Position numbers and translations under genes: made by a program. A stretch of 64,000 bases of DNA from Octopus bimaculoides. Lineage: Eukaryota. The stretch is taken from NCBI RefSeq assembly GCF_001194135.2, contig NC_068995.1, positions 35,300,088-35,364,087 on the forward strand, given 5' to 3'. Positions 25,879-38,152 of the stretch are shown piece by piece (within the stretch, counting starts at the first letter, position 1; every line of letters begins with the position of its first letter). The notes under the pieces are model-generated. The model made no database searches. It worked only from the letters and a program-made list of their open reading frames with translations, and had not been told where the DNA came from.

Positions 25879-25880
<2 letters not shown>
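25536..25880 (+). mobile_element. CORE-type tRNA-derived SINE (family 2, octopus OR-like), 5'-truncated
   Basis: B-box remnant GGTTCAGTCCC, CORE-like GGCACCTTGGGCAAGTGTCTTCT, an internal (TA)/(TG) tract and a (GAGTAAAA)n tail. Near-identical copies at 38153, 53104 and 62140. The family name is from recall. Confidence 0.8.
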
Positions 25881-25910
<30 letters not shown>

Positions 25911-26319
25911 TGCACAGTATATTGCAGAGGTATAATTGTTGTTGTTTTTATTGTTGGCGTTATTCTTTTTCGGCGTTCTGATGCCGAAATCGTCTGGTAG
26001 TTTACATTCCGACATGACAATTCCGTCGATATTGTTTGGATATCTGTGTTGATTCTTACCATGCTGAGGTTGTTGTTGTTGCTGTCGCATCCACTTGAGC
26101 TTGTTGAAGTGTTTGTTACAGGCATGGCTTACTCGGTGGTATTTTGTTGGATGTTTGTCATGGATCTGATTCTTTCGTGTAGTGTAGTGGTGTCCTTCCG
26201 TTCATGCAGTAAGATCCTCTTTCGTTTCTGGTAATGGTTGATTTCTGTGTATATTTTCTTTGTGATGTGTATTTTAGTATTCCTTGCTGTACTGTGAGTC
26301 CTTGCCGCTGGACAGCCGA

Positions 26320-26500
26320 ATTAACACATACATGCATACAAACATACATGCAGAGTACGTACATACATACTTAGAAACATGCACACATACATACATATAC
26401 ACATATATGCAAACACACATACATGCATACACACATGCATATATACATACATACATACATATGTGTATGCGCACGCACACTTATGCATACGCATGCGCAC
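26320..26500. repeat. (CATA)n/(CA)n compound microsatellite
   Basis: Direct runs. Confidence 0.9.
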
Positions 26501-27033
26501 AGAAAAGAACGCAATTCTGATAACGGAGAGAGTCAACGACTATTGAAAAGTTTGCAAGACGCAACAAAAATTTTATTAAAAACAAATAAGTAAATGAGTG
26601 GAAATCAGACCGATGAGTGTATTAATTTAATAAAGCACTAAAAGAGAATGACTTTCCTCAGACACAATAAAATTTATTTTACACATAAAATTTTATCTGT
26701 TGCACACACTTACCGTTTTTGCTTTCGCAGACTTGTGCAAAAATGTTTCATTCTATATTATACTAAAACAGAAAATGTTTACCTATTGATTTTTTTCTGA
26801 AACCCCATTGTATCAGGAATGTAACCGAAAATTTTATTCTGATACATATGTCTCACAAGACAGATCATGGTAGTAACTGACGCGTGAGATGAATAAAAAT
26901 AACATATTAATCAAAACAGTGAAGAAAAATGGTGGTAATTACACTGATGTTCTCATGTAACTTTGTGATTATCTAACGTAAATTTAATTCTACAAAATAA
27001 TCTTTAGTTTAAATAACATCTGTTAACCATATC

Positions 27034-27083
<50 letters not shown>

Positions 27084-28171
27084 AATCTTATACAAATAAT
27101 GAATTAATGCATATTAACAAACAAATGTTCGTTCTTTTTGCAAAGCAAGACACGTAATGTAGCAAAAACATAGCCTTAGAATATGTTTTGATTCTTTTTT
27201 TTCTTTCATTTGAAATAATATTAGCATAACATAGAAGATGAAGCAGAAAATATAGGATCAAAGAATCGTGTAATTCAATTGAAAGATATTTTCCAAAACA
27301 ATGAAAGTCAAGGTTTAAATATGGAAAACGTTTTTGTGAATCAAAAGTCTCTAACGTGTTTACGTGTGGCAAAACATTGTAAGAGGGGCGAGAAAATTGG
27401 ATTAGCTGAAAAGTACTTCACACAGAAGCAACATATTTATGGTATCGAAATTCTTTGAAGCTGGATTATTCAACCGCGAAAATATTTTTGAAGGAATTTC
27501 AAACAAAAGTATTAATTTAAGAAAATAAAGGCTTTCAAGGGAAAAGAAGACTAACACACAATGAGTTTCTTGAAGTACAAATTAACGCTTGTGTGAACTT
27601 TGTAAAATGTACACACTTTTCATACTGTTAACTGTTTACCATTGCCAAAAGACTGGTGTTGTAAAACTCAATAAATCACATCGTTCAATAAGAATTTATA
27701 TCAGAAAATTAACAGTCAATTTGAACATTACGTGTTGATTAACTTATAGATATTTCTGTTTATTAAATCATTATCTTGTATTTTAAGACTAGGTAAACGA
27801 CTAATGAAGCGATCAAACAAGTTTAGGGTGACTTTTACTACTGGGTTTTTACAATGATATCACAATTAAAAGTGTGATCGAATATTCTTATAAGACAAAT
27901 ATGATTTCCCCTTAATATAGCGCATCTTTGTAATGGTAAATAAAAGCAACGGAATAGCAGGCGATTCCAACGAGAAGTCTCCATTTTAATGAGCTCTGTT
28001 GTCTGACAAGTACTCTGGCACTTAAATCACTTCTACAAAATTATGAAGCTTTCCTAAATTACTTTAATTGCGATACCATGATATGTATATATTCCGATAG
28101 TTTTTCCAATTTTTTTTTATTTTCACAATATTGTCAGTAAAAATAATGGTCTTATATTTTGGAACAAGACT

Positions 28172-28320
28172 AGCATTCACGGGGATGAGGATAAGTCGAT
28201 TATATCGACCCCAGTACCAACTAGTACTTATGTTTTCGATCTCCGAAAGAGATGAAAAAATATCGGTAAGCATTTTGCCCGGCGTTCTAGCGATTCTTCT
28301 AGCTCACCGCCTCACTGTAA
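28172..28320 (-). mobile_element. Meta/MESC-core-like tRNA SINE (family 3), degenerate
   Basis: Reverse complement of the family-3 head (GGTGAGCTAAGAAGAATCGCTAGAACGCCGGGCAAAATGCTT) and core (GTCGAT...ATCGAC). Confidence 0.7.
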
Positions 28321-29225
28321 GTGAAAAAAAATAAATAAAATCATGGCTTGAAATCACTTCTCGAAAAACTTAAAATTAGCGCTATGCTATTTATTCTAAA
28401 GTTTCCCTGTCCTAAGTGATACTTATCGCGGAATAAATAGCTCAGAAACAGAATTGTAACAAAGTGTTATATTCTTATGGATAAACGAATACACTGCAAC
28501 AGTGTAATAATATAATCGAAAAACACGGCAGTAAACACAGAACGCAACAACAATCTTTTAAGAACCAACAGTGCAGCACGCAAAACTCGAACTGTGAACT
28601 TTGAAATCCAACTTTGAACTATAAACACATGAACTGTGGAAATAGCACGAACCGTTTTCTTTATTACAGCATAAAGCCTTAATATAGAAGAGGCATTACA
28701 AAGACAGACAACACAAACGTAGGGTACATATAACGATTACTAAATGAGTTATAAGGTGTGAAAAAATGATAATAAAATGGCATTCTACCCCCTAAATTAG
28801 AAAGTTCCATTTTACTGTTTTTACAATTCAGTTTGTATCGTTTTTACAACAAAAAAAGGCATTAGACCATCAAACTTTACCACAGGTGGTAATTCATCGT
28901 ATCGAAACCGTAACGGTGTATTATTCATCCTACCTCCAAACATCTCCTTCAGTCTAGCTGCCCTTTCGTCATCTAGCAGCACTGATTTCCAATCTCTATT
29001 CACCTCCCTATCTGCCAGACTTCACTCTTATTACGCCTTTCATTTTTGCAATTTATATGTAGTGAACCAGTTCGTTCTCGCCAGGGGACGTCGTAGTCTC
29101 GCACAATAGAAAACCACCTGGAAACGTTTGTGACCTTCAAATGATATAGAGACTATTCGTATATCGGAAAACATCGAATTGAGGACAATACCTAATGGCT
29201 GTAATACATAATGACTGTAATATAA

Positions 29226-30290
29226 TTTCTATTTTTGGTACGAGACCAGCAATTAGGGGTGAAAGTCGATTTACAAAAACCTTTATAACTGATTAGTGCT
29301 TTATGTTATCGGACGTCGAAGGTTCAATGCCAAAGTTGACCTCGAGATCATTTGATCTCAAGCCATAAATAGCTGGCTAAGGAAGCTAAGTGTTTTATCC
29401 AACACTGTGACGATTCTGCCAGCTAATCGCCCTCATAACTGTTGCAATATTCTCTTTCTGATTAGACGGTGAGCTGACAGACTCATTAGCACGCCGGGTA
29501 AAATGCTTAACGGCATTTCGTCCGTGTTTAAGTTATGAGTTTAGATTCCACATAAGTTGACTTTTCGATCCGTCCAGGGTCGATGAAATAAGTACCCGTC
29601 AAGTACTGGGATCAATGTAATCGACTTACCTCACCACCTCCGAGCTTACTGGCCTTGTGCCAAAATTGACCCCCCCCCCCACCAAAAAAAACAAATGTAT
29701 TTCAAAACATAATACAACCATTAGAAAGCGGTGAAATAGTTATTTTGTCCACCATTACGTTCTGAATTCAAATTTTTCCGCGGTAGACTTTCCCATTCAT
29801 TCTTTCGGGGTAAAACTTTGAAACGAAATATTGGCAAATATTACTAAAGCGATGGGCTGGCAAAATCGTTACCAAGTTGGTAAAGATGCTTACGGGCATT
29901 TTGTCCGTCATGTTCTCATTTCAACTTTCGCCGAGGTCAAAATTACTTTTCATCCATACGTGGTAATAAAATAACAGCTAGTGGAGCACTAGGGTCGTTC
30001 TAATCGACTTAACACCTACTCCCAACTTTCTGGCCTTGTACCAAAGTTTCAAACTAATATTATTAATATTACTATGAGGTAGACCTGGCAGAAATGTTAC
30101 ATCGCCGAACTAAATATGTAGCATTATTTTTCCGACTCATGACATTCTGTGCTCAAATTCTACCGGGTTCAACTACCCTTTCCATCCTTCCATGGACAAT
30201 AAAATAAAGTAGTAGCTAAGTACTGGATCGATATGATCGTCTATTCCCTCTTCTAATATGGATGACCTTGTTCAAAAATTGGACGCAATA
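29226..30290. mobile_element. Cluster of family-3 SINEs: one minus copy (29226-29420) and about four plus copies head to tail
   Basis: Repeated ACGGTGAGCTG.CAGA..CGTTAGCACGCCGG..AAATGCTT heads, GTCGAC/TTTCATCC/ATAAGTACC cores and GGCCTTGTGCC tails at ~29465, 29725, 29850 and 30080. Confidence 0.8.
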
Positions 30291-32121
30291 TTAATGGTAC
30301 TACTTATAGTGCTCGGAACTATTTAAACGTTTCGATTTCCCTATATAATGAGGCACCATTGTAACAATAATAGTGTTATACACAAATAACAATTGTAAAG
30401 ACTGTTCTATAATCAATGCATGGGGAACATTTTACATGGAACAGTGGCATAATGAACAAGAAATATTTAGGACGAAAGCTGTCCTATTAATATATTCAAC
30501 ATCACTAATGTTAATGATATCAGCAAACGAGAATTGTTTTATTTGCTTGATGATCAGTAAGAAATAAACAAAATTTCCCAAATTACACCGCACAAAAGAC
30601 TCATTGGGCAGTATATTCCGAGATACACCTAAAATAAAAACGCGATAATAAAGTATGCGATGCGTTTTTATGTAGATCTTTTCAGTCGCAAATTACGTGT
30701 CGTTGAAGAGTAATAACATAATCGATATAACAATATATACGATATATTCTGTTACTAACATTCAAAGCAAACAATTTCAGTGATAGTCACCACTTAAAGT
30801 AGCCGTACCATCGTGTAGGTGTTTGTGGCTTTATTAAATATCAGCACCGCAGTGCTTATATTTCTATGAGTGTCGATCAAAAATGAATTTCGTAGGTTTA
30901 TATATCCAGCTTCTGCTATATAATAACAAACCTTACAGATTGTAACCTTCCATATTGATTCTTTATGGGCTTTATATGAAGCCCATAATTTGAATTTTTG
31001 TACAAAAATTTTAGACGTAACCCAAATTCTGCAAAAACAATTTCTTGTTCAATTCCAGGAACATTTTATCCAGGATATTCACACGAGTTTATGTCGACAG
31101 AGGAACGATTAAGCAAGATATGACTGTTATTACATGATATTGGACAAAGATATAGATAAGTACTCGTTGGTTTATTGTTACCACCATCACAATAACAAAA
31201 GCCATACTTATTTTTGTCTGAGCTTTCTTTTAAAAATATAGTGATCTCACTTTTGTTTAGTTGTTCTTCTATAGTCCTGATTTGTGTTTGGTATATACTC
31301 TCTACATATTAATGAGAGGGCAGAAGAAAACATGTCACACACACACACACACACATATNNNNNNNNNNTATATATATATAAAATTGTATAAAATAATATC
31401 AACTAACCTCCATGTAGCCATGAAGATGTTAGCTAAATTTCTAATTCCATTCATCCGTAACACAATTATACTTTTTGTACAAAATATTGGGTAGAAATAC
31501 GGAAATAGTGGCTATTACGAAAACTATATCGAGTTAGAAATCAATCTTAATTCATGTTCACTGAAATCGGTATGATGAGATTATTATGATTAAAATGATT
31601 TTTCCCCTTCAGCAATGATATGCGATTTCAAATTTGAAGCTACTAGTTACTGCAAGCTTCATTTAACATGTGAAACAAAACGATCAGCAGGACAAGGTAG
31701 CGGTCTCATTTCAGTGTGAAATCTGTAATTCACAGCGTATATGACGTGTAATAGAAAAATAATTATTCTATCGTCTGCAAAATTTATCCGAAAGTAATTT
31801 AACTTTTTCTATAATTAAGAGAAGTTATTTATTTCCTTACCAAATTATAAGATCTAAGCATTTAAATGAAATAAGTCACAGTCATATCTCTGGGATAGAT
31901 GTTCATCGATATATGTTTGAGACCTACAGGATTTTTGTTTCATTCTTTCAGCGTTGTAAAATAAAATATTGAAACATTGAAAATAGAGAAAAGCACAAGA
32001 TAAGTTTTTGATAACATTATAATATGAATGTGTCTATAATCTAATAAATCATCATGTACATGTTGAACAGGGAGAATCACAACAATAATGTACACATTCA
32101 TAATTAATATGCGCTGATAGA

Positions 32122-33285
32122 AGGGCGGCGAGCTGGCAGAGTCGTTAACAAGCCGGGTGAAATGCTTAGCGGTATTTGGTTTACCATTACACTCTGAGTT
32201 CAAATTTCGTCGAGTTTAACTTTGCTTTCCTGTTTTGATATTCGTTCTTCATGAAGTGTCTTATTTTTGAAATTGTACACAATATTAACAGGAGTCGAAC
32301 TCGAAACTTCATATTTAAACTTAGTGTCGATTGAATAAGTACCAGTTACGCACGGGGGTCGATGAAATCGACTTAATCCCTTTGTCTGTCCTTGTTTGTC
32401 CCCTCTATGTTTAGTCCTCTTTAGCAATAAAGAAATAAATATGCTCTGATAGATAAGGCGGCGAGCTGACAGAATTGTTAGCACGCCGGGCAAAATCCTT
32501 AGCGGCAATTTGTCTGTCTTTGCGCTCTCAGTTCAAATTCCGCCGAGGCCGACTTTGCCTTTCATCCCTTCGGAGGTTGATGAAACAAGTACCAAGTTAA
32601 TCAGGGGGGCTCATGTAGTCGACTATCCTCCTCTCCCAAAGTTTCAGGTCTTGTGCCCATAATAAAAAGGATTATTGATATGTTCTGACTGATTAAAGCG
32701 GCGAGCTGGCAGAATAGTTAGCACGCCGAGCAAAATGCTTAGCCGCATTTCGTTTGCCATTACGTTCTCAGATCAAATGCCGCCGATTTCAGTCATGCAC
32801 TTAATCTCTTTCGAAATCAAGAAAAAAGGTACCTGTTGAACACTGCTGGGAGGGAAGGGGTCAATCTAATCGACTTACCTCCTTTATATATATATATAAA
32901 GTGGTAAACTTACGATATGCAAATTAGTAGCTCCAGTTTTCTGTAGCTAGGGTTAATGAAATTGATTTGGACGCCTCTGATGAGAATCCACATCATTATC
33001 AGTTTGCAGTTATATTCTTTTCCAATCGAGTGAGAAACAGCTAAATTAGCCCTGTTAGTATTTGTACTATAGAAGGTGGTGAGAAGCAGAATCTTTAGCA
33101 CGCCGGCAAAAATGATTTGCCGTGTTTTGTCCGTCTTTTACGTCCTGAGTTCAACTTCCGCCGAGGTCGATTTTACCTTTCGTCCCTTTCGGGGCCGATA
33201 AAATAAGTACCAGTTGAGCACTGGGAGGTGATGTAATTGACGTATTCCCTTCCCCAAACTGCTGCCATTGTGTTAGTATGTGAAA
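32122..33285 (+). mobile_element. Head-to-tail array of four family-3 SINEs (32122-32437 B-tail; 32455, 32695, 33075)
   Basis: Heads AGGCGGCGAGCTGGCAGAA...AGTTCAAATTCCGCCGAGG with A/B boxes. The first copy ends AGCAATAAAGAAAT and is flanked by a 16-bp direct repeat. Confidence 0.88.
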
Positions 33286-33329
33286 CCAATATTTGTACTA
33301 TAGAGGTTATATATATATATATATATGTA

Positions 33330-33950
33330 TGTTTCTGCTGTATCAACCAGAGTATCAGATATTGCTATATAATGCTGGTCACAATGCGCTTTTAGTTCTT
33401 TCTTGGTTGCACAATATTTTTCCATCTCCTGTCAGTTTGTTTACTAAATTGTTTTCACATAATCATAAAGGGCTTCCAACTGGCCTTTTCCGACTTCTTA
33501 GTCACATCTCGATAACTGCACAGGTCCACTTTTCTCTGAACCTTGCAACATGTGCGGCCCAGCAGGTGTTTTCGGTATTTGCTCCCTCCTGTGATTACCT
33601 CATTTTGGATACACTCTCGCAGTGATATTCCTGACATGGATCTTTCCATGGCCCTTTTCCTTAGAGGAACCTTTGTTAAACAAAACATGGGATTCGTAGT
33701 TGTAGCTCCAGGCCGGATAAAGAGGGAAGCCATGAAATTGAGGAAGTAACGAAGTACTTCTATTGAGAACACACTGTAAATATCTGTGAAGACATGGCTT
33801 CTTAAATATGGACGATAATAAAGGTAGAATGGAAGGCACTTCTCCCAATAGAAAACGTGCTTGAAACAAAACTCGACAAGCCGCTACGTGCTTGTTCCTT
33901 CAATTGCACTATCGTATGTATAGGCAAGCGAAACATTGTCAAGTGTTTTA
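33330..33950 (-). mobile_element. RTE-clade LINE 3' fragment, decayed
   Basis: ORF 33455-33772 has RAMERSMSGISLRECIQNEVI; a shifted frame gives WAAHVARF..KWTCAVIE..RSRKRPVG, the typical RTE ORF C-terminus. Confidence 0.75.
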
Positions 33951-34053
33951 TTCTATATATGGTGTGATCTAGAATTAGGAATTGTGTTACTTCTCTATCG
34001 AGTCGATTGTTAATGGACACATCATGTTATATTTCTATATTGTTATTTTAATA

Positions 34054-34720
34054 AAGGCAGCGAGCTGTCGGAAACGTTAGCACGCCGGGCGAAATGATTA
34101 GCGATATCTCGTCTACTGCTACGTTCTGAGTTCAAATTCTGCAGAGGTCGACTTTGCCTTTCATCCTTTCGGGGTCGGTTAAATAAGTACCAGTTACGCA
34201 CTAGGGTTGATATAATCGATTTAATCTGTTTGTCTGTCTTAGTTTGTCCTCTCTGTGTGTAGCTCCTTATGGGCAGTAAACAAATAAGAAACGTTAGCAT
34301 GTCGGGCGAAATGCTTAGCGGTATTTCGTGTCTTTATGTTCTGAGTTCAAGGTGGCGAGCTGGCAGAAACGTTAGCATACCGGACGAAATGCATAGCGGC
34401 ATTTCGTCTGCAGCTGTGTTCTGAGTTCAAATTCCGCTGAGCTCGACTTTGCCTATCATCCTTTCAGTATCGATTAAATAAGTACCTGTTAATCACTGGG
34501 GGTCGATATAATCGACTTAATCCCCTTGTCTGTCTTTGTTTGTCCCCTCTATACTTAGCCCCCTGTGGGAAATAAAGAAATACGTTCTGAGTTAAAATTC
34601 CGTCGATTTTACCTTTCATCCTTTCGGGACGATAAATTAAGTACCAGTTGCGTACTGGTCGATCTAATCGACTGGCCATCTCTCCCAAAATCGCGGGCCT
34701 TGTGCGTAGAGTAGAAAAGT
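34054..34720 (+). mobile_element. Nested family-3 SINEs: two B-tail copies inside an A-tail host
   Basis: B copy 34351-34581 is flanked by ATGTTCTGAGTTCAA (34336-34350) and ACGTTCTGAGTTAAA (34582-34596). Another B copy ends at 34285. The host tail GGGCCTTGTGCGTAGAGTAGAAAAG is at ~34695-34719. Confidence 0.85.
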
Positions 34721-34884
34721 ATATTTTTATTTCAATTATCTTTCAGAAAGGGCAAACATACTGAGATTAGGGGCAACATCAGCCTTACTTATTGGATTAC
34801 GTGTATCTTTTCCATTTCCTGCTTCTTTCAGTTTTCTAAATTTCTACTATGGTTCTTTATCAATTATAGAAATTATATTCTTCA

Positions 34885-34894
34885 TACTACCTAC

Positions 34895-34934
<40 letters not shown>

Positions 34935-34939
34935 TTTTC

Positions 34940-34970
<31 letters not shown>

Positions 34971-35040
34971 CTATCTATATGTATGTCTACATGTATGTAT
35001 GTATGTGCGTATGTGTATGTGTGCGTCTGTGTGCGTGTAT
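34885..35040. repeat. (CTAT)n and (TATG)/(TG) microsatellites
   Basis: Direct runs. Confidence 0.9.
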
Positions 35041-36059
35041 CTTTGACTATTACTGTTGTGTACGTGTGTCGTCTCATTAAAACTTCGCTGTTCTATTCTG
35101 ACGTTTATAGGTCCCTCATTTCCCCATTATATGACACTCACTACAGATGCTCCAAAAATATAATATATATACTAACCCAATCAATAAATCCATCGGTGGC
35201 ATCAGACCAACGTCACTTGCTTTACTAAATTATTATTAATTTATGCATTAAAACATATATAATTAATAATCCAAACTAGGTTGTTAATGTATAAGTCGTG
35301 TTACATTTCTAAATGTTTAAAACAATCTTTCAATACAAAGAAAGAAGCAATCATATTGAGATGATGTCAACACTAATCTTACTTATTAAGTTATGAGCAT
35401 TTTAACCTGTCCTGCTTCCTTGAATTTCGTACATTCCTGGTGTGATTCTCTAACAATTATAGAAATGACATTCCTCGCACTAGAGAGAAAGCGAGAGAGA
35501 GAGAGAGAGAGAGCAAGGGGCAGATAGAGAGGCAGAGAGCTAAATAGATAGATAGAGAAAGAGATGTATGGTATTTCCATGATTCGACCATTTTTGTAGT
35601 GTATACTTCACATCTCATTAAAACTTCGTTGTTCCTCTGTTGTGACCTTCATAAACCTCTCACTCTTTCCACTTTGAGGTTTTATTATACAAGTTCTACT
35701 TGCATAATATACATGATAACACAGTGGGTAAATACATCGCTGACCTCACCTCAACTTGTCTTCCTTTACTGAAAAATAAATTTATATATAAAAAGTATTT
35801 CATTTATAAACCTTGCATCAGTCACATGATAGATAACTGTATTATAGCCCCTTAGGTTAGGAACAAGGTTTTATAGTTCGAATCGTATCCGGTGTTTTAT
35901 ACACCCTGTCAAAATGTAGCATAAATTATTCTTCATTGCTTTTGTATATAAAAAAATGTAGTATGAATTATTATTCTTTATTTCTTTTGTATATAAAAAA
36001 TAACAAGATAGAATAGCCCGTGAATGGTTTTTCAATTTAAAAAGAAGGCAATTTTGAGA

Positions 36060-36200
36060 GGAGAGTAAGTAGTCGGTAGCATTGACCCGAGTATCTGTCT
36101 GGTATTTTATTTTCTCGTCTCTGCAGAGATGAAAGGTGAAGCTGGACTCTGCATCTGAAAATCCGGGAAATATACAGCAAGACTGACACACCAAGATTTC
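36060..36200 (-). mobile_element. Highly degenerate family-3 SINE fragment
   Basis: GATGAAAGGTGAAGCTGGACTCTGC resembles GATGAAAGGCAAAGTCGACCTCGGC. Confidence 0.5.
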
Positions 36201-36804
36201 TGCTATCTGTTCGCCCTCGTTCTCCTGATTCTGCTAACAACAACAATAACAACAACAACAACAACAACAACAACAACGTAACAGCTGCGACAACATATCT
36301 TTTACCCAAAATATCAAGTCGGTTGTTGTTTTAATAACGGACGATTTGAATGTGAAACTGTACTTTTTCTTCGTTTTGTTAATGACGTGCAATACCTAAA
36401 ATGCATGATCTTATATCACGTAATACGAAATAGACCCGCGAACTTTAAACCTAATATCTCGTGTTACGATGATACTGCATCTCAAATCCAAAATAGTTAT
36501 TTATAATCGTATAAAATTATTTCTATTGTTTCTGTAAAATTTATATCTAAGTAATATCTCAGGGAAACATATATAAGAAATTACTATGTATTTATGAGTC
36601 ACGTAATTTATCCAAATATTTGAAATACACGAATATTTTAAACATATCTACAATATATATTAATTTAATTTTCATAATTCCTTTACCAAGTAACTATTAC
36701 GTAATAAAGTCAAACGCTCTGGATGGGAAGTACTAGCAGTGTGGATAATTGCATTAGTTTAAATGTTGATTATAATATATTTGAAAGTGTTTGACATATT
36801 GGAG

Positions 36805-37230
36805 TTTACATTATTTACATTATTTACAATTGACGGATATTTGTCCTTATCCTGTTTGTTGTTAACACAACGTTTCAGCTGATATAACCTCCAGCTTTCA
36901 TCACCTGATGAAGGCTAGAGGGTATACCAACCGAAACGTTGTGTTAACAAACGTTGTGTTAACAACAAACAAGATGAGGACAACTATCAGTCAATTGTAA
37001 ATAATGTAAATAATACATTATTTACAATTGACGGATATTTGTCCTTATCTTGTGTGTTGTTAACACAACGTTTCAGCTGATATAACCTCCAGCTTTCATC
37101 ACCTGATGAAGGCTAGAGGGTATATCAACCGGAACGTTGTGTTAACAACAAGCAAGATGAGGACAACTAGCAGTCAATTGTAAATAATGTAAATAATGTA
37201 CATAATCCCTCATCTCTTAAATATAGAACT
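36805..37230. mobile_element. Tandem pair of ~200-bp palindromic Penelope-type pseudo-LTR remnants
   Basis: Units 36805-37013 and 37014-37200 each run TTTACATTATTTACAATTGAC...TTCATCAC|CTGATGAA...GTCAATTGTAAATAATGTAAA, an almost perfect hairpin centred on TTCATCACCTGATGAA. Confidence 0.8.
36902..36943 (+). ncRNA. Minimal type-I hammerhead ribozyme-like motif
   Basis: CAC-CUGAUGA-A-GGCUAG(AGGGUAUA)CCAACC-GAAA-CG-UU-GUG. Canonical core, palindromic loopless stem III (AACGUU), stem I CAC/GUG; stem II has 2 mismatches. The second copy (37100-37141) has GAAA changed to GGAA. Confidence 0.6.
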
Positions 37231-38152
37231 ATACTGGATTTAAGTGTATTTGTTAATTGTATCCATGTTTATACATGTGTGTAGATTTTACTGCGGTTGC
37301 AAATAGATATCATGCAATAAAAACGAAACTGGTATCTAACACTACATCTCTTTTCTGTTCCCACATCTTTTGTAGACAAAGGGAAAAATATTTAGTGTAG
37401 CACTCTGAATTTGTTCACAGTGTATTTTCTCATATTTTAACCGGTATTAGTTTCCTATCTTTACAGCCATGAGTAATTTAATCAAGTAAATAACATTATC
37501 GATATTTTGTCGGATTCAGTTTCTTAATAGCCCAATTGCTTAAAGTATTAACATTATTTTTGCTTCACATCGAAAAAGTCAATATCACGCAAAAATTGCT
37601 TACTATAGATATTTGTAATGATTTTTATGAGATTACTATAAAATGATAGCTTATTTGTTTCTTCGTTAGTAGAATAGATCTGTAACCTCCTAACATTGAA
37701 GAATTCTTCATCAATGCTAGACGGTNNNNNNNNNNNNNNNNNNNNNNNNNNNNNNNNNNNNNNNNNNNNNNNNNNNNNNNNNNNNNNNNNNNNNNNNNNN
37801 NNNNNNNNNNNNNNNNNNNNNNNNNNNNNNNNNNNNNNNNNNNNNNNNNNNNNNNNNNNNNNNNNNNNNNNNNNNNNNNNNNNNNNNNNNNNNNNNNNNN
37901 NNNNNNNNNNNNNNNNNNNNNNNNNNNNNNNNNNNNNNNNNNNNNNNNNNNNNNNNNNNNNNNNNNNNNNNNNNNNNNNNNNNNNNNNNNNNNNNNNNNN
38001 NNNNNNNNNNNNNNNNNNNNNNNNNNNNNNNNNNNNNNNNNNNNNNNNNNNNNNNNNNNNNNNNNNNNNNNNNNNNNNNNNNNNNNNNNNNNNNNNNNNN
38101 NNNNNNNNNNNNNNNNNNNNNNNNNNNNNNNNNNNNNNNNNNNNNNNNNNNN

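Noticed and set aside
36805-37200. Repeat-spacer appearance that might suggest a CRISPR array
   Set aside because: Two long palindromic units with no unique spacers, in eukaryotic DNA with no cas genes.
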